Source: Octopus sinensis (lineage: Eukaryota). From it: a stretch of 64,000 nucleotides of DNA. A model generated the notes under the pieces. The model had not been told where the DNA came from. It saw only the letters and a list, made by a program, of their open reading frames with translations, and did not search any database. Numbering within the stretch: the stretch's first letter is position 1; every line of letters starts with the position of its first letter. The DNA lies in the NCBI RefSeq assembly GCF_006345805.1, contig NC_043007.1, positions 19,220,001 to 19,284,000 of the forward strand, written 5' to 3'. The position numbers were made by a program, and so were the translations under genes. This document shows, in pieces, positions 50,813 to 64,000 of this stretch.

Positions 50813-51055
50813 TACAGCCATGTAACTTGAACTCACATCCCTGTGATTACATGTCAAGTACTTTACCTTAAGCATCTTATAAAGCTAGATTTATAAATCT
50901 TAAAAATTGCAGAACAGTTCGTTAGTGGGCAATTTGAGAATAAATTATTTCCATATCTTTCAATATATCTCGATGTTTCTAAAGCAAACTTTGTTTGTTT
51001 ATTTTCATCGTAACTTGAATCTGATTTATTATTGTTACTTATTTTCCCATTTCAG

Positions 51056-51143
51056 AATCCTAAAAGATTCCCGCATTGAACGGTTGTCATGTCTCCACAA
51101 AGGTACCTACGCTGATGACTGTTTGGTACAACACGTGACTCAG
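51056..51143 (+). CDS. FCF1: FCF1 exon 6 (ILKDSRIERLSCLHKGTYADDCLVQHVTQ)
   Basis: tttcag|...|gtgatt; contains HKGTYADDCLV. Confidence 0.95.
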
Positions 51144-51146
51144 GTG

Positions 51147-51184
<38 letters not shown>

Positions 51185-52217
51185 AAAGATGGCGAACTGG
51201 TTGAATTGTTAACATGCTGGGGAAGATGTTTATCTGCATTTCATCTGTTTTTACATTCTCAGTTCAGATATCACCAAGGTTCAGTTTTCTATTTAAGAGA
51301 TGAGGAATTATGCACATTATTTGCATTATTTACAATTGATGGATATTGGTCCTCATCTTGTTTGTTTTTAACACAACATTTCGGCTGATATACCTTCCAG
51401 CCTTCAGCAGGTGTCTTGGGGAAATTTTCAAACAATAAGGTATTTTTCAATATTGTTATTATTCAGGTCACTGCCTGGGATCGAACTCGGAAGTTTGGGT
51501 TTAGTAGCCCACGCTCTTAACCACTATGCCATTTACCTTTCATCATTTTGGGGTCGATAAATTAAGTACCAGTGAAACACTGGGGTTGATGTAATTGACT
51601 GGTCCCCTCACCCAAATTTTAGGCTGTGTACCTGTAGTGGAAGAAATTACTATTACTATTAAAAAGGTGGTGAGCTGGTTGAATTGTTATCAGGCTGAGT
51701 AAGATGCTTAACTGCATTTTGTCTGTCTTTATGTTCTGAGTTCAAATTCTGCTGAGGTTGACTTACCTTTCATCCTTTCGGGGCTGATAAATTAAACTTA
51801 TTCCTGTCTTATGACTGTTGAAACTGTGGAATAAATGTGGTGCCAACAATTCCATGCTTCGCTTATTTAAATTCTGTGACTTTGCAAGTAACTTACTTGG
51901 TGATCCTTAAAGAGCATCTGGTCCACATTGTAAAGTGGCTGGCATTTGGAAGGGCATCCAGCTGTAAAAACCTTGCCAAAGCAGTTACAGAACAAAATCT
52001 GTAGTGTTTAGAGAAAAACATCATGATATTCAATTTATTTCATTTTCTAAATTCATTTTGCCTTTTGTCACTTTTCTGGTGTGAAAATAATTGAAATTGG
52101 CCATGATGTTTCTCAGTATCATTAGAGGCTTGGGATTGAAAACCAATAAAGGAAGAATCAAAGAATAATGTTGCATAGCTTTCATGTGCATTTTTTTTCT
52201 TCTTTCTGTATTCTCAG

Positions 52218-52312
52218 CACAAATGTTATATTGTTGGTACATGTGATAAAGACTTAAAACGGCGCATTCGCAAAATCCCTGGAGTTCCTATAATGTTCTT
52301 GCGGAAAGGAGG
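52218..52312 (+). CDS. FCF1: FCF1 exon 7 ([31 protein letters not shown])
   Basis: tctcag|...|gtgagt; contains [15 protein letters not shown]. Confidence 0.96.
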
Positions 52313-52339
52313 GTGAGTATTATTTGGCTTTGCAAATTA

Positions 52340-52382
<43 letters not shown>

Positions 52383-52564
52383 GGCAGTCAGCTGGCAGAA
52401 TCATTAGCTCACTGGAAAAAATGCTTAGCTGTGTTGCTACGAGGTCGACTTTGCCATTCATCCTTTCGGGGTCAATAAATTAAGTGCTAATGAAACACTG
52501 ATGTCAATGTGATTGACCAGTTTCCTCCTCCCAAATTTCAGGCCTTGTGCCTATAATAGAATGG

Positions 52565-52597
<33 letters not shown>

Positions 52598-54228
52598 GAA
52601 ATGTGGCAAGCTGGGAGAATCATTAGCAGGCTGGGTGAAATGCTTTATGGTATTTCGTCTGCCGCTCTGCTCTGAGTTCAAATTCCTTTCGTCCTTTTGG
52701 GGTCAATAAATTAAGTACCCGTGAAACACTGGAGTCGATGTAATCAACTACTCCCCTCCCCACAAATTTCAGGCCTTGTGCCTTCAGTAGAAAAGATTAT
52801 TATTATTATTGTGGCACGTAAAAAGCACCCACTACACTCTCGGAGTGGTTGGCGTTAGGAAGGGCATCGAACTGTAGGAACTCTGCCAGATCAAGATTGG
52901 AGCTTGGTGCTGCCATCTGGTTCGCCAGCCCTCAGTCAAAGTCGTCCAACCCATGCTAGCATGGAAAGCGGACGTTAAACGATGATGATGATGATTATCA
53001 TTATTAAGATGGCATACTAGCAGAACTGTTAGCACATCAGACGAAATGCCACTAAGCATTTTGTCTGTCTTCACATTCTGCGTTCAAATTCCACTGAGGC
53101 TGACTTTACTTTTCGTCCTATTGGGGTCAATAAAATAAGTACCAGCTGAGTACGAGGGTTGATGCTATCGTCTACCCCACCCAATTTCGGGCCTTGTGTT
53201 TATAGTAGAAAAGATCATTATTGTTATTATTATCTCCACCTTAGCAAAGACGGAGGTATTGTTTTCAGTCATGTTTGTTTGTTTGTCCCTGGACAAGATA
53301 TCTCAAGAACCGCTGAATGGATTTGGATGAAACTTTCAGGGATGTTTGGCCTCATGACTGGTATAAACTGATTAGATTTTTGTATTGATCCGGTTTTGAA
53401 CACGGATTCTGGATTATTTGTTATATTTACTTTACATGAAGTATTACAATCTTACATTGACTTTCAAATCTTTCTCTGATTATCTCCCTTGAAAGCATGC
53501 TCATGGTTTCCACTTAAGTTATGACGGTGTTGCTGTTTCCAAAGTTTTATTTTCATTTCTCTACTTGCGTCTCTATCTTAGTAGAAACTAACAGATATAG
53601 AAATCAAACGGCAGTACTGCCATAGAGAAAGAGTTGAGGTACCAAAAATAAGGGCCATAAATCGCTTCAATATTAATATTTTTCATGTTAATTCAAATAA
53701 TTTTGGAAAGGATTTAAATAAAAGGACCAACTCATCCGACACCCACCAATAAAATGTGCTTGAAATTAGGCAAAAGTCACTAATTTTCACTAAACGTATT
53801 TATAAGCTGATGGCACGTAAAAAGCACCAACCAATCGTGGCCATTGACAGCCTCCCCTGGCACCTAAAAAGCACCATCCGTATGTGGCCGTTGCCAGCGC
53901 TGCCTTGACTGGCTTCCATGCCGGTGGCACGTAAAAAGCACCAACCGATCGTGGCTGCTGCTAGCCTCCCCTGGCACCTAAAAAGCATCCATCCATATGT
54001 GGCTGATGCCAGTGCCGCCTTGATTGGCTTCCATGCCGGTGGCATGTAAAAAGCACCAACCATTCATGGCCACTGCCAGTACCCCCTGGCCTCCCAGACC
54101 CCAGTTGAACCATTCAACCCATGCCAGCATGGAAAACAGACGTTAAATGATGATGATGATGATACTCTCAGTTTTTAATCTTATTAACTGAACGATTTTT
54201 TTTGTTATTTTCTTTCTATATTTTTCAG

Positions 54229-54277
54229 ATATTCAATAGAAAGAATGCCAGATGCCTACGGAGCTCCACGGGTTTGA
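54229..54277 (+). CDS. FCF1: FCF1 exon 8 (YSIERMPDAYGAPRV*)
   Basis: tttcag|; TGA at 54275-54277. Exons sum to 597 nt = 198 aa plus stop, the length I recall for human FCF1 (rRNA-processing PIN nuclease, SSU processome). Confidence 0.95.
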
Positions 54278-54319
54278 AAGACTGGGTGGTGAGTGCGAGA
54301 GAGCGGCTTTATTATTGTT

Positions 54320-54325
54320 AATAAA
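54320..54325 (+). terminator. Likely FCF1 polyadenylation signal
   Basis: AATAAA 43 nt after the stop codon. Confidence 0.6.
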
Positions 54326-55693
54326 TAATGTTTATAAACAACACCATGTATTCTCATGTTTTCTCTCCTCAATGTTTCGTCTGTCTGCATAACATCATAC
54401 ATTACCTATTTCTTTATTACCCACAAGGGGCTAAACACAGAGAGGACAAACAAATGGATTAAGTCGATTATATCGACCCCAGTGCATAATCATCATCATC
54501 GTTTAATGTCCGCTTTCCATGCTAGCATGGGTTGGATGATTTTGACTGAGGGCTGGCGAACCAGATGGCTGCACCAGGCTCCAGTCTTGATCTGGCAGAG
54601 TTTCTACAGCTGGATGCCCTTCCTAACGCCAACCACTCCGAGAGTGTAGTGGGTGCTTTTACGTGCCACTGGCACGGGGGCCAGTCAGGCGGTAACTGGT
54701 ACTTATTTAATCGACCCCGAAAGGATGAAAGGCAAAGTCGACCTCGGCGGAATTTGAACTCAGAACGTAACAGCAGACGAAATACGGCTACACATTTTAC
54801 CCGGCGTGCTAACATTCCTGCCAGCTCGCCACCTTAATATCATTGTACATTACCATTAATGAAGTTCTGATCATAAACCCTTTAGCATTCAGATTACTCT
54901 GTCAAATGCTCTGCTTACTTATTCACATTGCTTTGGATTAACCATGCATTATCTTGTAGCTAAGACATTTTCACGATGTGATTATTTAGTTTTAGAAAGA
55001 CAATGTCGGTTAGGTGTGAGAGGCTACATCTGGCCACTTTTAACATAAAACTGGTAGAATATTTAGGCCGGATATGGCCGGTTTGAATGCTAAATGGTTA
55101 AACTAAGCTGCTAGACACAGAAATCTGAGTTCAAGTTGTGCCAAGAAGGTATTAGTTCTGGGGTCATTATTTGTCTGCCAACCGACTTCTCACGGTAGAT
55201 TTCTTTATATCCTCTCGGTTCTACATCAAACACAGGTCACTGACATATGTCTTCCTGTCTTCTGTAATCATTCCTATGTATCTTGTTTGTTTTCAAAGTT
55301 GCCGAAATGATCTTGGATCTCCTGGTTTCCAAGAAATTAGGGTCATCGCTGCATCATTAAACAGCTCTGAGTGCTACTCCTTTGTACTGGACATTGTGCT
55401 CATCATGATCCTGAAATCAACTGGCACTTTGGCCTACCTCTAAGGACTTTGACAGAGAATGGGACCATTCTCCGAAGTAGAGAATCCATCTCCCCCTCTT
55501 GAAATAAGCCTGATCTACTTTCTGTATATATGTATGTGTGTGTGTGTGTATATATATATACATATATATATAAGCACAGGCGTGGTTGTGTGGTAAGTAG
55601 TCGCTTACGTGCATGCGCCAGTTTATTCGCTGTGTTGATTTTTGATGAGACGGACGGAATATTTTGAGCTGCTTCACTGCGGTTTGTTGGTGA

Positions 55694-56820
55694 GTGTTGT
55701 ACCAGTGGAAAGGAATGTATTCGGATCTTAGCGAGTATGAACTATCCCCAGCAGAGGAGGAGCTCGTTAAGGCGGTAAACAGAATGGACGAGCATTTGGA
55801 AAGAGTAAAGAGTTTTGCTAAGGCGGCAGAGGTAAAGAAAAGGGAAGTGGACCTAACCGGACTGAAGGAGCTGAGTAAGATGACACAGAAGGTGGTCAGT
55901 GATGTAAAGTTATTACCCCCGAAAAGGGTTATGGTAAATATGGAAAAGAAGACCATTGCCTACAAAGTGCACTCAGTAGAGAGTAGGAAGGTGGAGCGGA
56001 TGGAGATGGAAAAAGTAGAAAAAGCTCTGAAGGGGCTTTTGAAGAAGTAAAATATATAGCAAAAGGAAACGGATATGGGACAGTGGTTGTCCAGATTAGG
56101 ACAGCAGAGGAGGCAAAGTGGCTGGCAAGTACAACTGTAAAAACTGAGGAACTAGTACTTCTACCCACGTACCTTGGAAGAAAGACTTCTAAGGTGAGGG
56201 TAGAAGGAATTCCACCTGATATAGAAGTGGCTTAGGTTGCGGCAGCTGTCCTCCAAGCCACAGAGATGGAGGAAGGAGACTATAAAGGAAAAATATTGGA
56301 AATTATCATATAAGCGAAGGCGAAGCAACTAGAAAATTTGGGAGAAATAGTATTGAGAGTATGGGTAGAGGGCAGAATTCTGCGATGCTTTAAATGTGGC
56401 CAAAAAGGCCACATTAGAGCACACTACCCTCTACAGAAGAAAACAATAGATGAAACAACAGATGAACCAGTTGTGGAGATGGCGGAGAAAAAAGAGGAAG
56501 AAAAGAAAGACGGACAAAAGGAGGAAGAATGGATAGTAACAGAGTAGAAGGAAGAAAAGAAAGAACACTAAGTGTGATGTGGTACCCCAGTCCAACTCCA
56601 TCCCACCCGCCCTATACAGACACCAGATCCACCCACTCCCTTTTCCCACAAGAAAAAAGAGCAGACACCACAGAATTTAGAAGACCCCTCCCCCAGTGAA
56701 AAAAGGTTACGGAAGAATCTTGTCATTGAGCAATAGTGAGAGTGGAAATAGAAGGACTAGACCAGAGACTAAAGACGAATTAGGACTCAGAGGCAGCGAG
56801 TGGTGTTACTCAGTGTAGGG
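55694..56820 (+). pseudogene. Decayed gag-like ORF1 of a non-LTR retrotransposon
   Basis: Fragmented frames (...LVLLPTYLGRKTSKVRVEGIPPDI..., RCFKCGQKGHIRAHYP = CX2CX4HX4[C>Y] knuckle, then a Lys/Glu-rich tail); stops and frameshifts. Confidence 0.7.
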
Positions 56821-58180
56821 TGAGTAGCAATCTCTTCATATTTTCATTTTTTAGATGTCATGCATGTTATCATAACCTTAATATATTTTCTCATGTTCCT
56901 TTTCAATTGTTATATGTCCCCACATGTTTTGTAGTGTCCCCTCTATAGGATGCCTTTATGGCAATTTAAAAGAAATAAAGTAGCTTACTTCTCAACCACA
57001 TGGTTCCGGGTTCAGTCCCACTGTGTGGCACCTTGGGCAAGTGTTTTCTACTGTAGCCTCTGGCCGACTAAAGCTTTGTGAGGGGATTTGGTAGACGGAA
57101 ACTGAAAGAAGCCCATCGTATATATATATACATATATATATATGTGTGTGTTTATTTGTCTACCCACCATTGCTTGACAAAACCGATCTTGGTGTGTTTA
57201 CGTCCCCATAACTTAGCTGTTCGACTAAAGAGACCAGTGAAATAGGTACTAGGCTTACTAAGAATAAGTCCTGGGGTCGATTTGTTCGACTAAAGGCAGT
57301 GCTCCAGCATAGCCATAGTCAGATTACTGAAACAAGTAAAAGAAAAAGAAAAAATATATTCTATTTGTTTCAGTCATTTGACTGTGGCCATGCTGGTGCA
57401 CCACCTTTAGTTGATCAAATCGACCCCGGGACTTATTCTTTGTAAGCCCAGTACCTATTCTATTGGTCTCTCTTGCTGAACCACTAGGTGACGGAGACGT
57501 AAACAGACCAACATCGGTTTTCAAGCGATGTTGGTGGGGACAAACGCAGACACACAAACATATACATGCACACACACACAAACACTATATATATATATGA
57601 TGGGATTCTTTCAGTTTCTGTCTCTCAAATCCACTCATAAGGGTTTGTTCGGCCCAAGGCTATAACAGAAGACACTTGCCCAAGGTGCCACGCAATGGGA
57701 CTGAACCCGGAACTATGTGGCTGGTAAGCAAGCTACTTACCACACAGCCACTCCTGCACCTATATATATATTTATATATACAGGTTGAGACACAGTTACT
57801 CTAACGCATCTGCCTGATCAGGGCATCTCGGGGCTAAATAACAATATCAGTAAAAAACCAAAAAGAAATACAAAAAAGCAACAACAAAACAAAAGTAGAG
57901 GAATTAGTTTTTTTATTTCTTTATCTTTTTTTTTTGTTTTGTGTCTCTTAATCCATAATTATAATTATTTAATTTATTTAATTTAAATTTCTTTTTTTTT
58001 TTTTAAATTCTTTTCAATTAGCGCAAGGTTATTTAAGTAAGGGAGGAGAGGAGCAAAGTTCACGGAGGGGCAGCGGGGCAGGGAAAGAGCGTGAGGGGGG
58101 AAAGAAATAGTGATGGCATGACTGAATGAGCAACGTTAGATAAATAGTAAGATTATTATTATTATTATTATTTTTATGTA

Positions 58181-58211
<31 letters not shown>

Positions 58212-59085
58212 TTTAAAATTTGTGGAAACAAATTGAGTGGAAATGATAACAGCAGAAAATAGATAAATATATATATACACACATACATATACACACATAT
58301 ACATGTACTTATATTGTCATCGTCATCATTGTCATTTAACATCCATATTCCATGCTGTCATGGGTTAGATGCATACATATATATTATGGTTATAGCAGTA
58401 TGGATGTGTTTATAAGTACGCATAAACCTCCTCTGTGTATATATATGTTTGTTTGAGTATATACATACATATAGAAATATCTATAGAGTCACATACTCAC
58501 AAACCCATACATAGACACTTGTGTATGTACATATGTATGTATATACCGTATTTTATTGTGTATAAGGGACTGTTTTTCTGTCAAAAATTAGGTTCAAAAA
58601 GTGGGAGTTTCTTATACATGGATAGTATTACAATCCCTTACAAAACCGTTTTTTCTAAATTTTAACCCCCCAAATTAGGGGGTTCCTCATATACATTAAA
58701 ATACAATATATAACACATACACACATATATATATAATTAAAGCTTATTCAGATACTTGTGTGTATATAGAAATAAGTGTGAATCTGTGTATGTATGTATG
58801 TGTGTGTGTATATATATATATATATGCATATGAGGCTGATGAATGTATGTAGATTCGTCGTATTATCATTCATATCAATACAGGTGTATAATTCAATATC
58901 TATATATATGTCATTACACCTATACATAAATGCATGGATAAATGTCTACACTCTTGGATTTTCTATGTATACATACCATCATTCAATCATTTGTATGCAT
59001 TTCTTTCTATAACAACACAAGTGTAATGTGTGTGTATATATATATACACACACACACACGAAGCCATACAGGCCTCATTTCTAGT

Positions 59086-59119
<34 letters not shown>

Positions 59120-60138
59120 TATACACACACACACATATGCACACATATAGTTATATATTCTTTTACATTATATATATTGAATTGTACTGTTGGCTGTACA
59201 AGTGTCCATGTGACTGTATGTATGTATATATATACACATGCAGACTGTTACCAATGAAATATTAACTGCTTGTATATTAAAATTTAATTTTAACAAATAG
59301 CTACGGAGTCTCAATATCGTATACCTGTTTATCTCTTTCTATGCATATACGTAGATGAAGAGCTTATTTTCAAAACCAGAATAAGTGCATATTTGGTTGT
59401 TTCATGATAATCATTAAAACACAATTTGCAAGCTGCTGGCTTCATGCACGTGAAATGTTTTGCAGTCAAACTGGGATGGATGCCATGGAGACAGGAGGCG
59501 AGTCTTAGTCTTCCAATCAAAAGTCATTCCGATGCCTGTATCTGGTTTTGAAATTAAGTTCTTCATTATGTTCATATATGTATATAAGTGAGGGCGCGTG
59601 GCTTAGTGGTTAGGGCATTCGGCTCATGATCGTAAGGTTGTGAGTTCCATTCCCGGCGACGCGTTGTGTCCTTGAGCAAGACACTTTATTTCACGTTGCT
59701 CCAGTCCACTCAGCTGGCAAAAATGAGTTGTACTTGTATTTCAAAGGGTCAGCCTTGTCACTCTCTGTGTCACGCTGATTATCCCCGAGAACTACGTTAA
59801 GGGTACACGCGTCTGTGGAATGCTCAGCTATTTGCATGTTAATTTCATGAGCAGGCTGTTCCGTTGATCGTATCAGCTGGGACCCTCGTCGTCGTAACCG
59901 GCGGAGTCTTTTTTTTAAGATGTATATATAGTCTTTTATTCTTTTCACTATGGCCATGCTTGAGCACTCCCTTTAGTTGAACAAATCGACCCCAGGACTT
60001 ATTCTTCATAAGCCTAGTACTTATTCTATCAGTCTCTTTTGCTGAACTGCTAAGTTATGGGGATGTAAACACACCGACATCAGTTGTCAAGCAATGGTGG
60101 GGAGACAAACACAGACACATAAATATATACACACATAT

Positions 60139-60201
<63 letters not shown>

Positions 60202-61261
60202 TATGTGACGGGCTTCTTTCAGTTTCCATCTGCCAAATCCACTGACAAGGCTTTGGTCAGCCCGAGGCTATAGTAGAAGACACTTGCCCAAGGTGCCACG
60301 CAGTGGGACTGAACCCAGAACTATGTGGTTCGTAAGCAAGCTACTTACCACACAGCCACTCCTATATACATACATATATGTATGTATGTATATATGGAAT
60401 TGATTTTATAAAGAGGAAAGCATTAACACACAAACAGACATGTATGCACGTTGGTGAGTGTGTGTATTTATTATAGATATGTATTACTAATGAAGGAATG
60501 GCAACTGAAGGGTATGTGGTGGGGGTGTATGAAGTTGAGATGGCGTTGGTTTCAAGGATGAGTAGTGAAGGTTTGTAGGTAAGTGGTTTGAGCATTCAAT
60601 TCAAGACCATTAGGGTCTGAGTTCGATTCCTAACTGCATGTTATGTCCTTGAGCAAGACACTTTATTTCACTTTGCTCCGGTCCACTCAGCTGACAAAAA
60701 TGAGTAGTACCAGTAATTCAAACAGGACCAGCCTTGCCACATTGTGTTGCACCGAATCTCTCTGAGAACTACCTTAAGGGTTACGTATGTTGGGAGGAGT
60801 ACGTTGGTCATTTAAACTGACCCCAGTAATTTAACTGGTGCTTTAGTTTATCAACACCTGTAAGGATGAAAGGCAAAGTCGACTTTGGCAGGATTTGAAC
60901 TCGGAACATAAAGGGGACATGTCTCAGTAAATCTGTGGCATCATATCTGATGCTTTTTCAGCTTCTGCTTCTTCACCAGGGGTGGGCAGGCAAGGATTAA
61001 GTCGATTACATCAACCCCAGAGCTTAACTGGTAGTCAACCACAAAAGGATAAAAGGCAAAGTCAACCTCAGCAGAATATGAACTCAAAACATAAAGATGT
61101 GCTAATGATTCTGCAAGCTTGCTACCTTCTGGTGCACTAATTAATAGCTTCTAACGAAGACAATAGTCTTCAGATGATTTTGAAGTCAAGTGGATTACAT
61201 TGCTCCCCAATACTACAGTGGTACTTATTTCAAGCGATAAAGGATGAAAGACAAAGTTTAA

Positions 61262-61482
61262 CCCTTTTGGTAGCAACCCGGCTGAAACCCCCACTGGTTC
61301 TGTAGTACAAATGTCTTGTTTTCAAAAGTTCTGAATTAAAATCTTCCACCAAACCTTAGTCGCAATTTATGTTCCTAACACTAGCTTAATGATAACTAAG
61401 TTATTTTACTAAATGCTTTGTTATATTTAAAGTAACTGAAAGAAACACAGAGCATCTTAAAAGAAATACTGTAATGAAAGGG
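61262..61482. mobile_element. piggyBac-type MITE family 1, opposite orientation
   Basis: TTAA|cccttt...aaaggg|TTAA; body is the reverse complement of 46493-46713. Confidence 0.87.
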
Positions 61483-64000
61483 TTAACTTGTCTGGATTTT
61501 AACACAGAATATAAAATATTGTCCGTAAAAGACATTTTGACTGATAGATTACCAATTCTGCTTATTCCACTGCCTTTATGGTGATTTCTTACCTGAAAAG
61601 AAGGCCATACATTTGGGACAGGTACTCTTTTTTTTTTGTCTTTTAAATCGTGGTCAGAGTTTGACTGGTGCATATTTTACCGATCCTGGAAAGATTAAAC
61701 AACATGGTCAATCTCACTAGGATTTGAACCTAAAAACATTTTGTCCATCCCTAATAGTAACAATGGTTTCAAACTCTTGGCACAACGCCTAAAGTTTTGG
61801 GAAAGGGGTGGGTGGCCCTAGTTGATTATAGTGACCCCAGTATTCAACTGGTACCTATTTTATTGACCCCCCCCCCAAAAAAAAAATACAGACAAGGGGC
61901 AAAGTTGACCTCAGCAGAATTTGAACTCAGCTTAATGATGGGTGAAATGTCACTAAGCATCTTGTCCAGTGTGCTAACAATTCTGCCAGCTTGCTGCCTT
62001 CAATAATAATAATAATCTCAAATTTTGGCACAATGCCATCAATTTAAGAGGAAGGGGTATTACCCAACGACATTACCTCGGTGGGACTTGAACTCAGAGT
62101 GTAGAGAGCCAGAAGAAATTTTGTCTGACACTCTAACTGTTCTGCCAGCAACAGTAAGAATGGATGACTGAATAATAATAAGTTTGTTTTGTAATGGTTA
62201 GGTCCTGGGTTCAATCCCACTCTGGTATATCTTGGGATGTGTTTTATCTCTTTTTTTTTCCCTATAGTTTTGGGGGTTTGTTGCTATAGAATGTGGGTCT
62301 ACTTCAGTACCATCGTCCAGCGGGCCTAGTTACCGGCAACCAATGAGATCTTGTATTTTGCAATATTCCAAAATGTGCTAATTCTGCAAAAGATACACAT
62401 ACTTTCAGCTGAGTGGACAGCAACAAATTGAAGTTTCTTGACCAAAGAGACAATGCACTGCCCGGTCCAGTAATTGAAACCTCGACATTATGACCACGAG
62501 CCCAACAGTTTATCTATTAAGCCATGCACCTACTATTCTTTAGTATAATGGAACTATTTTTTTTTCACTAAAGGCAGTAGAGTGTGTTTAGAAGGAAATT
62601 TGGCTGTCATTTCTAGCAGGTTGAGCAGTCACATAGATGCTCTCCTGTTGATTTATAAACAGTATATTAAGTGGGTGATAGCTTTAATTAAAACTCTAAT
62701 TAAAAATTGTAAATACCTGTGCTGGTGGCATGTGAAACATTTGAGTGAGGTCATCACCAGTGCCGCTGGACTGGCTCCTGTGCAGGTGGCACATAAAAAG
62801 CACCATTTGGACGTGGCCGTTGCCAGTACCTATTTCTTTACTACCCACAAGGGGCTAAACACAGAGAGGGGACAAACAAGGACAGACACACGGATTAAGT
62901 CGATTATATCGACCCCAGTGCGTAACTGGTACTTATTTAATCGACCCCGAAAGGATGAAAGGCAAAGTCAACCTCGGCGGAATTTGAACTCAGAACGTAA
63001 CGGCAGACGAATGGCCCTCGTGCCGGTGGCACATAGAAGCACCCACTACACTCTCGGAGTGGTTGGCGTTAGGAAGGACATCCAGCTGTAGAAACACTGC
63101 CAGATCAGATTGGAGCCTGGTGCAACCATCTGGTTCGCCAGTCCTCAGTCAAATCGTCCAACCCATGCTAGCATGGAAAGCGGGCGTTAAACGATGATGA
63201 TTAATGATACATCGACTGTGTTTCTTTTGCAGATTTGTTTTTACTTTTTCATTTTAGCGTGCTGTTGTGGTTAAGAAGCTTTGCAATCACATGGCTTGCA
63301 GTTCAATCCCATCATGCAGCAACTTGGACAAGAGACTTCTACTATAATTCTAAGCTGACCGATAACTTGTGAGATTTCAGTAGACAAAACTGTGTGAAAG
63401 TTTGTCATATACATGCATGTATGTATGTGTGTGTATGTATGTATTTATATATGTATCTATGTATGTGTGTCTTTCTTTAGTTTTATCTCAAGATTTCTTG
63501 CCAATAGAGAAAGAACCAGTTTCTAACTCAGATCCAAGGCTCCTTCTTTGGAATTTCAACATCAACAACAGGGTATTTTTGTTTGTATGTATATGTGCAG
63601 ACTTGTATGTTTTGTTTTATGTATGTATTCTCATGCATATAATTGCATATCTAGACATGCACATATATATCTAAATGATAAACTTCTGGAAAGTTTTACA
63701 GATTTTTACAGTTCCAGTGATGGATTGGATCTGTAGTCTTCGAATTAGCTTTCTCCTTCCTAGTTTTTAGAAGCCTAATTTGGGGGAGGTGGGGGATGAG
63801 TCGATTACATCGACCCCAGTGTACTTATCTTAATGCTCTCGGAAGGACGAAAGGTAAAGTTAACCTCAGCAGAATTTGAACTCAGGACATAGCGATTGGT
63901 GAAATACCGCTAAGCATTTCGTCCAGCATGCTAACGGTTCTGCCAACTCGCCGCCTTAATAATAATAATAATATTTTCTACTCTAGGCGCAACACCTGAA

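Overview
AT-rich, repeat-dense animal DNA. The SINE families and (AT)n/(TATG)n/(GA)n microsatellites look like an octopus genome; this is inferred, not proven. Two protein-coding genes are supported. (1) A complete 8-exon FCF1/UTP24 gene on + (ATG 39639, stop 54277, 198 aa); I reconstructed it exon by exon, and all introns are GT-AG and in phase. (2) A single-coding-exon argininosuccinate lyase (ASL)-like gene on - (8202..6553, 549 aa). It keeps the ASL scaffold but has lost the catalytic His and the whole SSxMPxKxN loop. It has gained an N-terminal hydrophobic anchor and a sequon-rich Ser/Thr stalk. It is the best candidate for something undescribed: a membrane-bound or secreted ASL pseudoenzyme, probably a retrogene. 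The rest is tRNA-derived SINEs, piggyBac/hAT/mariner/Merlin-like MITEs, Helitron-like elements, decayed hAT and LINE ORF1 remnants, two minisatellites and short interstitial TTAGGG runs. Repeat boundaries were read by eye and are approximate unless a TSD or TIR is quoted.
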